A DNA stretch of 64,000 nucleotides from Takakia lepidozioides (lineage: Eukaryota > Plantae > Bryophyta). Positions 1 to 11,126 of the stretch are shown here, piece by piece. The stretch is taken from positions 18,724,001 through 18,788,000 of the forward strand of contig CM060734.1 of assembly GCA_030704615.1 (NCBI GenBank), written 5' to 3'. Made by a program: the position numbers and the translations under genes. Under the pieces are notes generated by a model. The model made no database searches. It worked only from the letters and a program-made list of their open reading frames with translations, and was not told where the DNA came from. Each line of letters begins with the position of its first letter. Within the stretch, counting starts at the first letter, position 1.

Positions 1-204
1 AGATAACCACGTTAGGTGCCCAAACATACATTGGTCCTTGGATTGACACTTGGGTCAATCCCAAATATCAATATATCAAAACTAACTATATCCTAGCTAG
101 TTTCACACTAGTGGTAAAATAACTTGACAGTTGTCGTGCGCATACATATCGCTACACAACTACATCGCTGTCCAAAACCACACAGCACATGTGCACACCA
201 AACA

Positions 205-342
205 CTAGTCTATCACTAGTCCGCTACTAGTGCATCACTAGGCTGCCACTAGTCCACCACTAGCCACTAGTGCAACCACTAGGCTGCCACTAGTCCTGCC
301 ACTAGTGCAACCACTAGTCCACCACTAGGCTGCCACTAGTCC
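205..342. repeat. Short tandem repeats of CCACTAG(T/G) units in the presumed LTR region
   Basis: Repeated ccactagtcc/ccactaggctg/ccactagtgcaa units visible directly. Confidence 0.8.
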
Positions 343-774
343 ATCACAATCGCCCCCTAGCTGGTGCTTAGGTCGCTCTAAGTCCAAGTAGCCACAAGAT
401 GTGATAGTGGCCACCACTGTCCATACCACACTCAACTCGGTAGATCAAGAGGCCGGGTGCAAGAGTTGCCCCACCGTTAGTCATCGTCTTGCAACCTGTG
501 AACTTGAGCCTGGGATCTCGTGTATTGACTCCGATGAACTTGGCCCCCCATATCTTGTTAGCTGCCACTAGTCATATCCAGAAGGCAGGCACGCAGTAGC
601 CCTTCTGGGTCAAGTGACACCATAAGTTACGCTTGCTTCGGCAACGCGTCCACATTTATATATATATATATATATATTTTAGCATATCCACTGCCACAAT
701 TACGCACATGGTCTGTCGCGCACCTCACTTCGGTAAACTCCCCTTCAAGTCATAGTTACTCGTTTTGATGCGCG

Positions 775-1420
775 CGCCTAACTCCCAAACCGGTCGCCGG
801 GCCAACTCGGAGCTTCGGCTACTCACTGGGGCATAATGGTCCTCCTCACACTCCCACTCGACCCTCGACCTGTCGGGTTCAGTGGAAATTCCCTTTGGTA
901 GATGGCAGTCCAGAATAGCTCCCCACACCTTGGTCGCTTTTCGGTTTGTATGCTTACTCACTAGTTTTTGGTCACCAACGGGCTTGCACCGTTCTCGGGG
1001 TTACTACTCCCTATATATACTTCTGTAGGTGTCCGCGGGGGTTCCACAAGTAGCCAAGTCCAAATCTGGTGCACCACCACTTAGACCCTCGATTGTCTCA
1101 GTGGTGAGCCGCGGTGAGTATTGGCCCACCCACCACGGCCCCAATGGACCGTGGTGAGTCCCAAGTCTCCCCACGACTCCCACCACAAGGCCTCAGCCTC
1201 ATGGTGAGTCTTATGCCACCCCCACTACGACTCCCTACGCTACCACCACCCCTCGTGGAGCCCCCATCACCGCCACCCGGTTTGCAGGGCTCCACCTAGT
1301 GAGCGCCACCGCCTCCTTGAGTGCCTTCAGCACTCAAGGGTGCTTCAGCCCCCTTTCCTATTTGCTGCCACTGTCCCCACAATAGGGGCAGCCCCTCTTG
1401 TGTCCCGACCTCCCCGCCCT
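775..1420 (+). repeat. LTR-region segment with an inverted partial copy at 7255-7678
   Basis: 775-1013 and 1230-1420 are reverse complements of about 7439-7678 and 7255-7445. ORFs 725..961(-) and 7491..7706(+) translate to near-identical peptides. Confidence 0.9.
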
Positions 1421-2329
1421 CAAGGCAAAGGGCTTGACACACACCCCTACCAATGAGGAGTCGATGTCCTCATCGACTTGTCCCTTTTTGTGGAAACTAA
1501 CATCCAAGTTGTGGTGTCCAACATCATGGAGTTTGTTTCCGCACCATGGCGTCCCATGACAAAGAACCAAACCCCCACTTGACTCTATTCTCCACCAGCT
1601 AGGTCGGCCGACTTCCTCCGAGTCCCGGCCAAGGGTGGAGCATCTCAAGCTCCACCCAATGCACTCTTCTTGACCCACTTCAAGGCCAAGGAACGATCCT
1701 CCCCGAGGATCGAATTGCCTTACTGCAACAACATTGCTTGCGACCGCTCATGATGCCGCTTTTTGGCATCACCTTGAACCCTTTTTGACTAGGAGGATAA
1801 CCTTGAACCAACCGTGCGCCCCAATCACTACAATTGGGTCTGCCTTGGAATGCTGGCCTGAGGTACGGGAACACGCCGAAGCCGCACTACGACTTCGTCC
1901 CGAGGCTACACGATTATAGTACGTGAACAGAAGCACGTAGCTTCCACGTTAGCCCGCACTACAAGGCAACCCCCTCGGTAGCGCAATTATAGTATGCGCA
2001 CGCACCAGGTGCGCACTAGCACGTGAACTCCCAAAGAAGGCGCAAGTTTCCTTGCCCCTTGGATGGGAGTCACCCGATTTCGGCACTGCGCAAACACACG
2101 ATTAATCCAATTTACCTCTCCCACTTTTGTAAGTTAGCATGCATTCTACACACTAGCCAACCATACCATGCATCACCATTCCAAACAAAATAGGAAGCAC
2201 AACATTTGGAAACCATTTCATTTATAAAAAAAGTTTGTACAACACAAGTTTTTGCAATCGGATTCCTAAGCTAGCTAAGCCGGACTAAGCATGCATTTCC
2301 TCCCCCACGATCCAAGGTTGATGTCCCCA

Positions 2330-2923
2330 TCAACGCTTCTTCCGCTTTTGAGGTCGCCCTTCGAAAGCTGCAACCGCCTCGGATGCGTTTCCCATTTTTG
2401 AGGCACGCATCCAAGTTGCCTCCACTTGATGATAGCCCTTCCATTTCACGAGATACTCCGTTTCTCCATTCTTGAACCTCCTCGACTTAAGCACTGCCTC
2501 CACCTCGTACTCGGGTTCATTTTCATGATCCAACAGCATAGGTGGCGGACGCAACACTTGATGCCGATTCGGACGCGCTTCATCTTTGAAGTAAAGCTTC
2601 AAAATGGAAATGTGGAATACATGATGCACCTTGCTGTTTGCCGGAAGCTCCAATTCATACACATCCTCATTCATAACCTTCTGGATGCGAAAGGGCCCCA
2701 CATACGGAGGTACGAATTTTGGACTCACTTCCGGAGGTAGTCGAAAATTCTTGATGTTCAACCAGACCTCCGTGCTTGCCTCAAACTTAACTTCCCTCCG
2801 CTTCCGATTTGCCTGCCATTCATACCATTTCCTAGCTTTGGCAATGTTGTACTTTGCGAGCTCCAACAAACGCTTGCGTTCTTCCAACCTCACTAGCCTT
2901 GTCAGGCAATGGATCCAACTCAA
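2330..2923 (-). pseudogene. Gypsy integrase C-terminal region plus chromodomain; integrase catalytic core deleted
   Basis: PKFVPPYVGPFRI..VHHVFHISIL (GPY/F region) and EYEVEAVL..EYLVKWKGY..ATW (chromodomain). The sequence jumps from LPDKASE to this region at about 2890. Confidence 0.9.
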
Positions 2924-4411
2924 TCCACTTGGAGAAGTGCTCCACCATCACCAACACATATCTGTGGTGGCGCATCGTCAGTGACAACGGTCCTGCGAAG
3001 TCAAGACTCCACCTGTAGTCCAATCTCATGATCGGAAGATGATGCAACTGGGGTGTATGGGCGTTGAATGAAGCACGCACCCTGTCACACACCATGCACC
3101 TAGTCACGAACTGTTGCACCTCCGTGTGTATACCACGCCACCATACTGCCCCTGTAGTAAACTGTGAGTACGTCGTACTCCAAAATACCCAACTCCTCAT
3201 GGGCATGCCTCACTAACCATGCACGCTGTGTGGGGTGAGGCACGATCCTCACCCGACCATCCTCCCACACTCGAAGCAGGTGTATCCCCTCCCACTTGAA
3301 CCTCTTGGCTCGTTGTAGGATCCGATCCCTCTCCCTGACAGTCACAGTGGCTGTCGTGTCTCCCGTGCAGAGGTAGTCCAACACAGCCCAGTCCTCATGT
3401 ATATCTCTGGCACCACCTGACTCATCACTAGCCTCAGGGTCTTCAAACACTCCGTCTACAGTCATCCTTGTTATAGGTCCAACCTGACCTCCCGATGCCA
3501 TGATACACAAAAATGCAGATGCGTGCCATCCCGACACCATCTCCTCATCCGTCTCACCATGCCACCGAGCTCCAGTGTCATCCAGCTGGCTTCTGCATGG
3601 ATTGCGACTCAATCCATCCGCATCCCAATTGACCAAACCCGGTCGATGCACAACCTGAAAGTCATACTCTTGGAGTATGAGTGCCCACCGTGCAAGCTTC
3701 CCTGTAAGCTTGTCTGACTCCATCAACCATTTGAGTGGCTGGTGATCCGTGACAAGGGTGAAGAGATTGCCGTACAGATAACACATGAAGTGTGTTATAG
3801 CCCACACTGCAGCTAAGCACTCTCCCTCATATGAGCTATACTTAGCTTCTGCAGCGTTGTTCGAGCGGCTAGCATAAGCCACTACAAACTCTCTTCCCTC
3901 ATCATCCACCTGTGTAAGCACCGCTCCAAGCCCCAACATGCTCCAGTCCGTATGCAGCTGAAAGGGACGCCCCCTGATAGGTCGTCTCAAGATGGGCGCC
4001 GAGGTCAACCTCACCTTGAGCTCTTGAAAAGCTTGTTCTTGCTCATCTTCCCACTGCCACTCCTGGTCCACCTTGGTCAACTTGGTTAGAGCCTTTGCAA
4101 TAGCATTAAATCCCTTGACAAACCGTCTATAATAGTTTGCCAACCCCATGAAAGCTCGAACTCGGCTTACATCCGTGGGGCGTGGAATTTGTGCAATGGC
4201 CTCTACCTTAGTTTGCTGTACCCCCAATCCTCCATGATATATCATGTGACCCAGATACTCAATCTGGTTGTGGAAAAACTTGCACTTCCCCGGATGCAAC
4301 TTCAATCTGTGCGCTCTCAAGCGCTCAAATACCACCTGAAGGTGTCTCTCATGCTCCTCCACCGTAGCACTGAGAGATGATGATGTCATCTATGTAGCAC
4401 CAAACAAAATC
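2924..4411 (-). pseudogene. Gypsy pol: RT C-terminus, RNase H, integrase N-terminus (frameshifted)
   Basis: CYIDDII at about 4399, KLHPGKC, FMGLANYYRRFV, LHTDWS, YSSYEGECLA, DADGLSR, RHAHEELG, C..CDRV. Confidence 0.93.
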
Positions 4412-6060
4412 GGGGGATGCTATTATGTGAGCAGATCCCGCGAGCAGAAAAATCCGTGAGCAGAAATCTGCTCACGCTTCAGGATCTGCCCACCTATAAC
4501 CGCGGGCGCATACTCGACTTAGGAAGACCTATTACTGCGCATAGTGGCCAGTATTACAAGCTCGGTTATGGATGTTGTTGGGATGAATGAGGGATGAATG
4601 GCGGATGAATGTCTGTATGATGAATGAGACATGGATGAATGAAATAAATGAAATAATACAAAGTTGTTTTGTAGTAGTAGCTCCCAAATTCCCCGAGCTC
4701 CGAAATCCTTTAAACCATGCTAGTCTTGCTTGCAAATCAATTGTGAAAGTGCAGTGTATATTGCCAACAATGAATCCACATTGCTTTGTGGATTGAGGAA
4801 GGGTTACTTGTCATTTTTCCACGTATCCAAGGTTGAGAGAAATGCTCACACCCAAATCTAAAGAAGGCAGAGAGGTGAACTCGTGCTTTATAAATAAACA
4901 TTTCAAAAACTGGGAATTAAGATGTCGTTGACGACACCTTAATCCCCAACATCTGCACACACACCGCCTTACCGCCAAGGCTTTGTTCGCCATCAGATTT
5001 TTTTGGGTGAATTTTTTTGGGGTTTTTGATTTTTCCATGAATTGTCATATGCCAACTCGTACTGGGAATTAAGATGTCGTTGACGACACCTTAATCCCCA
5101 GCACCTGCACACACACCGCCTTACCGCCAAGGCTTGTTCGCCATCAAATTTTTGTGGGTTGAAATTTTTTGGGTGAATTTTTTTGGGGTTTTTGGTTTTC
5201 CCATGAATTGTCATGTGCCAACTCGTACTGGGAATTAAGATGTCGTTGACGACACCTTGATCCCCAACACCTGCACACACACCGCCTTACTACCAAGGCT
5301 GTTCGCCATCATATTTTTTTGGGTTGACATTTTTTGGGTGATTTTTTTTGGGGTTTTTGGTTTTTCCATGAACCAGGCCGTTCCCCCCCCCCCCCCCCCC
5401 CCACCCCCAAAGAGAATGAAGCAGAAGGGTGTAGTGCAGATTCATGTGCCAACTCGTACTGGGAATTAAGATGTCGTTGACGACATCTTAATCTGGCACA
5501 TTCGGGGGAGGGAAAAAAAAATAAAAAAATTACATCGCCTTACTGCCAAGGCTTCTTCGCCTTGAAAGTTTTTTGGGTTGAAATGTTTTTGGTTAATGTT
5601 TTTGGAAAAAAAAATTCGGGGATTTTGGTTTTTCCGTAAGCTGTCATGTGCCAACTTGTACTGGGAATTAAGATGTCGTTGACGACACCTTAATCTCGAG
5701 CACCTGCACACGCACCATGGTTCATTCATGTCGCTCATTTTTCATCCAAAAGTCATCCAACATTCATCCATTCATTTTTTCATTCATCTCAAAACCATTC
5801 ATCCGGCAGCTTTTCATCGCACATTCGTACCATATGGTCATCACCCAGCAAGGATTCTTCCGTCGGATAGGGTGGAGATTACGTCCATGTAGTGTAGTTT
5901 TTGTCCACGGCAATAGGCTATCTTCTTCCCTTGGTTGTAGGCTCCTCATTCACTAATCTGCTCACGTTTGCAATCTGCTCACGCTTAAGGGATTTTGCTC
6001 ATGTTTACCACTTAAAGCGTGAGCGTGCTCACGTGAACTGCTCATATGGTAGCTACCCTC
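4412..6060. mobile_element. Non-autonomous Mutator-like element (1649 bp) inserted in the gypsy RT just before YIDD
   Basis: 9-bp TSD aacaaaatc (4403-4411) / agcaaaatc (6061-6069). Imperfect TIRs GGGGGATGCTATTATGTGAGCAG vs GAGGGTAGCTACCATATGAGCAG (17/23). Removing it rejoins AGVDFA-W-CYIDD. Confidence 0.9.
4909..5715. repeat. Five ~150-230 bp tandem units, each with a hairpin TTAAGATGTCGT-TG-ACGACAYCTTAA, inside the MULE
   Basis: Copies at about 4909, 5061, 5227, 5458, 5659, separated by T/G-run tracts. Confidence 0.9.
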
Positions 6061-6700
6061 AGCAAAATCCACCCCTGCTAGAATCTTGTTCATGACTCTC
6101 TGGAACTCTGCAGGAGCATTCTTAAGCCTGAATGGTAAGAACCGCCACTGATATAGGCAATCCTTCGCGTGCTCATTGCTCCCCCAGAAGGTCGTCTTCT
6201 GTTTGTCCGCCTCCTTGAGCGGCAACTGATGATATCCGGATTGCAAATCCAAAGTGCTAAAGACCTTGACATGCCCAATGGCATCAAAGATCTCCTTTGG
6301 TGTGGGCATGACATACTTGTCGGACTTGGTCTGACAATTTACAGGCCGGTAATCACCGCACATACGTCTCTCCGTCTAATTGCCATAGACATCCTTCTTG
6401 GCTGACATCACTGTGGCTGAAGCATACTCTCCACCAGAGAGCTCCACCAAACCAGCCTCCCAGAGGTCTTGAGTCCTCATCTGAATCAAAGACCTCTCCA
6501 TGTCACTGTATCGATAGGGTCTCCGAAAGATTGACGTGTCAGTGGCCAACTCAATACGAATTTCCTGACCCTTCAATGCTCCCAAGTCCTTCAAACTGAA
6601 GGCAAAGCAATTCCTGTAAGCCCTCAGGAACCGCCGTATACGTCGTTTATCTCCTCCAGTGACAATGGATCCAATGTTAGGCTCCTAGTTGTCTTCCGTA
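6061..6700 (-). pseudogene. Gypsy RT N-terminal part
   Basis: RRPYRYS, YASATVM..KKD, CGDYRPVN, FSTLDLQSGYHQ, LPFRLKNAPAEFQRVM. Confidence 0.93.
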
Positions 6701-7031
6701 ATTGCAACCTTAAGTCCAACAGACTTAGAGGTAGGAGACGCGTCCCGTGGTTGTTATGCCGCAACCTCTTGAGCAGTGACCACTGCTTGCTCTATCAGTG
6801 ATAAGGCCTCATCCTGCCCCATCATCTCATCCTCGAGGACCTCTTCAACCCGAGAAAAATCCCCAACCTCATCCATCACAGCCGCCTTGGCTGCCAACTC
6901 CCTCTGAACCTCGAGCACCTCCCACGTGTGCCATGGATGTCTGCACCCCGTGGTCCTCACCTGCTCGCCCCCACTCACTGTCTGTATCGTCTCGGTAGGC
7001 AGAGAGACCGTCAAAGGAAGTATACTCCGCA

Positions 7032-7226
7032 CTACGGCACTGCCGTGGTACTAGTGGTAAAACCCATCGCCCGCTCGCGCTCGTCAGCATTGGGCTCCAC
7101 TAACTGCTGCAACTGAACATCCCACAGGAGGCCAGGTCCACTATCCCGGAAAGCATGTGATCTTGGGAAGCTGAGCAGTGTAGGTAGTGTTGCTGGTGGT
7201 TGATCCATCCTGTTGACCACTACCAA
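7032..7226 (-). pseudogene. C-terminal remnant of a C5-cytosine DNA methyltransferase upstream of gypsy RT
   Basis: ATLPTLLSFPRSHAFRDSGPG..EPNADERERAMGFTTSTT resembles the TL motif and motif IX (ExERxxGF..T) of DNMT3/DRM-like enzymes. Motif X and the catalytic PC motif are not present. Confidence 0.65.
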
Positions 7227-7254
7227 AGGCGACGGTCATCGTGTCTCACGCGCT

Positions 7255-7678
7255 GAGAGGGCGGGGGGTCGGGACACGAGAGGGACTGCCCCTGTGGTAG
7301 GGGCAGTGGCAGCAAATAGAAAAGGCGGCTGAAGCACCCTTGAGTGCCGAAGGCACTCAAGGAGGCGGTGACGCTCACTAGGTGGAGCCCCAAAAATCGG
7401 GTGGCGGTGGTAGGGGCCCCACAAGGGTGGTGGTAGCGTAGGGAGTAGTAACCCCAAGAACGGTGCAAGCCCGTTGGTGACCAAAAACTAGTGAGTAAGC
7501 GTGCGAGCCGGAAAACGACCAAGGTGTGGGGAGCTGTTCCGGACTGCCATCTACCAAAGGGAATTTCCACTGAGCCCAACAGGTCGAGGGTCGAGTGGGA
7601 GTGTGAGGGGGACCGTTATGCCCCGGTGAGCAGCCGAAGCTCCGAGTTGGCCCGGCGGCCAGTTTGGGAGTTAGGCGT
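7255..7678 (-). repeat. Inverted copy of the 775-1420 segment, lacking 1014-1237
   Basis: Direct reverse-complement match. The missing part is bounded by ACTCCCTA direct repeats at 1006 and 1230. Confidence 0.88.
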
Positions 7679-7737
7679 GGGACAAGACAATGTGATGCTC
7701 CAATAGTGTCTCTCTCAAGATAGTTTGCGGCCACCTT

Positions 7738-9510
7738 TCAATGCAAAATCCTGGCGATGAGATTAGCCCGTAAAAGCACAGCCCTAGTTTCCCGCTGAAA
7801 ATCAGACCCTGTTTGTCGGGTTGTTCCATTTAGCTGATCTGCATGTCGAGCATAAAGATTTTGGTTGTGTGAGTCAATTTGGGCCTGCAACAATGAAAAC
7901 ATGTGGCCATTAAGACTAGGAATCGTGAATTGAGAACACATAGAGGCTACAAAATAGGAATTTTTGTGGGGAGCAACACCCATATTTAGGGACCCTACGC
8001 CTATCCCAACTCCACATAGAATAGACCTGAGATTGAGCCGTTGCAAAGGGCTTCATCTTCACCTACATCTACTGACAAAATTTGAAGATATATAATGATG
8101 ATGTGAAGTCCAATCATGGCCTATTGTTTTCAACCAAGCATCCAACTTTGCACAAAGATTCAGCCACACATATCTGTCTTTGGTTCTCCATGATGAGAGC
8201 TGCAAGCTCTTTCTCCAACCCCGCCACACTCGTCTTAAATGCACACACCATTGTCTTAAGGTCTACTGAGATGAAGGGATTGGTGTACTGAATGAGCGCC
8301 TTGTGCCGGACGTGCTCCTACAAGGTCTCTACATGGTCATATAGATAGATATCGAGGAGTACATTAGGCTTGAGCTTCTGCAAGTAGCCCAAGCATGATG
8401 CATACTGGCTGCAATACAACCAAGTATCTCATCAGCTTCAACGTATCTGCTATCAGCAAAGTAATTGTAGAGACTCCCTCCTCTTCCTCTCTCTTTCATC
8501 AACAATCGAGCTATGCACAAGCACCATGAAAACTTCAGTCGTGACTGTGCCCAGTGGGGTTGAAGCCTACAAATGGTTACAGAAAGTTAGTATTTTGGAC
8601 GAGCCCTGGGGATAATATTCACTAAGACATGGTTAAAGAGTACATCTTCCTTGACCCTTTTAGGACAAACAGAAGGCACCCACTAGGAGTTCCATATCAA
8701 TAGTGAAAAAGTATATCCCATGGATTGCAGTTGTGTCTTTTGGGCTCTTCCTGAAAGCTGCCCTAGAAAATCAGTTAAACTAGGGTAGCCTGTGCCGTTG
8801 GCCCAAGTGTCCCAAGTGTCATCTAAGTCCAAGTGCAATCCCCTAATTATCCAGAGACCCTACAGTTTGGGAGATCTAGGGTAGCATGTGCCATTGGCCC
8901 ATATATGAAGAATTGAAACCTAAGCCAGAGTGCAATCTCATATGTATCCAAGTGCTTCTCCCATGTAGAAGCCTTGAGTGGGACCTCCAGTGTCCACTAT
9001 CATATAAGTCCAAGTGCAATCCCCTATGCCACCGTAATTTGTAGCTGGGATTGAGCATTCCAGCATTTGAAAAAAACACTCTTTTTTGTAGTCTTAATTA
9101 ATGAGAGAATGTCTCATGAGATGATTATATATGAAGCCTCGACAGGGGAGAGTCGGCAATGACATGGACAATCCCCACAACTGCAGGTCGTATTCTTTGG
9201 AGTAAATGCAAATGAATGCTTAATACCTTCCCGTTGAGCTCCATCTCAAGCTTCTCTTGCCCACCCTGCCCAGCACGGCGGTCCACCATATTTATCCACT
9301 CTTGATCTTGATCCAGTGTATAAGTGAATCCTAGCCGCCCGCTGATCTTCTCAATGCATTCCTTGAACAGGCTAGTATTCTCCCACTTTTTAATCTCCTC
9401 AAAATGCCCATTGCGCAGCGCCTCCAGCTAACGACCCGTTCTCGAGTTACAGTGGTCAGCTATGAAGTACAAACGTGTAATGTTCGTGCTTTCCGGCACC
9501 GGGTAAAACA
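7738..9510 (-). pseudogene. CSN1: COP9 signalosome subunit 1 (CSN1/FUS6) pseudogene fragments
   Basis: ITRLYFIADHC..EEIKKWENTSLFKECIEKISGRLG (9330-9490); SQYASCLGYLQKLKPNVLLDIYLYDHVETL*..KALIQYTNPFISVDL..AFKTSVAGLEKELAALIMENQ (8180-8410); QAQIDSHNQNLYARHADQ..RAVLLRANL (7760-7890). In-frame stops, frameshifts and a missing middle section. Confidence 0.88.
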
Positions 9511-11126
9511 TGGTATGGCATAGTTCTCAACGTCCAGCTGCCTTCGCATGGCAGGCGAACCGTGAGTGCCCTCCCGAAGAATCCATAGCGATGCAGTCCC
9601 ACACGGTTCAACTCCTGCAGGCCGTAATTTATATAGTTTTGTTCATCTGTTCAGAACCTTTGTAATAGCCCTATAACTAGACTTATATAGACAAATGATA
9701 GGAATATAACTTGAGGGACTTACTGGTTAGCAAATGTGTCTGCCACTCGAGGTTGGGGTTTCAATTCCCAATAGGACCCTACTTCCTAGAGTTAGTTTTG
9801 ACTATCCTCTTTTATTTGGTCTATAGTACAGTTGGGATGATCCTTTCCTCATAATGGTCCCTTAATTAACTATATATTCTTGACTCACCCCGACTAATGG
9901 GGGTCACTAGTAAAAACTAGATAAATCGGTTATCTCTACCCTTTGAACATATACATAAAGTGATTCAAAAAGAAAAAGAAATACTAAAGTTGATTAATTG
10001 AAATTAATTTGTTGTTGTTTTATGAATAATTAATATTTCACTAGATATCTCTCCCTAAAATACACTATACCATCACCCTATACCAAGGGTTAATTTTACA
10101 TTCATTTGCATTGTTTATTTCCTGGACTAGTGTTTTTCGTAAATCCTTTGTGAGTTAGTACTAACTGTTGGTTACCAATATTACAAACGCAAAACACACT
10201 ATAACATAGAAAAAATTATAATCCACACTAGCAACCACCCTCGGGGCTGAGGGAACTAGCGCGTGAGCGCGCTCACGCTTAGCTGGAACTAAGCGTGAGC
10301 AGACTTTGTTAAGCCGTGAGCAGAGTTCCTAAGTGTGAGCACTATTCTTAAGCTTTTGTGTGAGCATAGAATGAAAGCGGGATCAATAGCCATGGGAAAA
10401 GCAGGAAGAAACTATAGCTGTGGGGACGACGTTACGGTTTTCGGGGGCAAAACTACGCAAGACACGAATGAAAATTCTCAGGTAGTGTGAGAGGAAAAAT
10501 TTGTACGGATGAATTGGGTCCGTCGAATGGCATGAATGTGGATGAATGAGGGACGTCAAAATACAGATGAATGCGGTTCACCCATGGATGAGAGCAACGA
10601 CATTGGGGGGAAAGAACTGAAGGATTGTTGAATGATAGAACATGGTTCCCATACACTCCACTTTACTTCTGAATGTTATGATTTCCCTCACGTTACCTTT
10701 ATTCGAAACAGTATACAATGCATATAAACAATGGCAGTAGTGAAGGTCCATGTAAGACTGGTGGTGGTATCAGAAAGCCCCGCGTGTCGAAATTGGAAAG
10801 TCTACATAAGTGTAGAAAGTATAGTATCACAAAGCATTACCATCCATTTTGATCATGACGTGGTCGGTAGGGGATGGCTTCTGAGGGAGAAAAAGGATGG
10901 CATGAAACAGCCTAAAGCTTTTTCATATAAAGGCGACTTGTCATCTGCCACCGGACGTCAAAAAAAAACAGCCCCGGCTTTTGCAAGGTCACTGGCCTGT
11001 AGAGCATCTAGTGCTCCCCCCCCGTACTATTTCGCCTCATAGTAGTGTTCACTAACATCCGCAGGTCCCCACGTACATTTGGTGAATGTGGATGGTCTTC
11101 TTCTTTGCGATCACAAAACCATCCAT

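Larger units (their letters stand above)
1..7220 (-). mobile_element. Decayed Ty3/gypsy chromovirus-type LTR retrotransposon (C5-MTase remnant, RT, RNase H, partial integrase, chromodomain), interrupted by a MULE insertion at 4412-6060
   Basis: Minus-strand motifs in gypsy order: CGDYRPVN..FSTLDLQSGYHQ, CYIDDII, LHTDWS..YASR, HEELG, WSLDFAGP, chromodomain. A purine tract (GGGGGAGGAAA on -) near 2296-2306 precedes a presumed LTR/3' region. Boundaries are approximate. Confidence 0.9.

Noticed and set aside
4909-5715. CRISPR-like array of palindromic repeats
   Set aside because: The spacers are themselves repeated and low-complexity, there are no cas genes, and the array sits inside a TSD-bounded eukaryotic element. 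The same applies to 59630-60362.
775-7678. DIRS-type element with inverted terminal repeats
   Set aside because: It encodes DDE-integrase parts and a chromodomain, and no tyrosine recombinase is seen.
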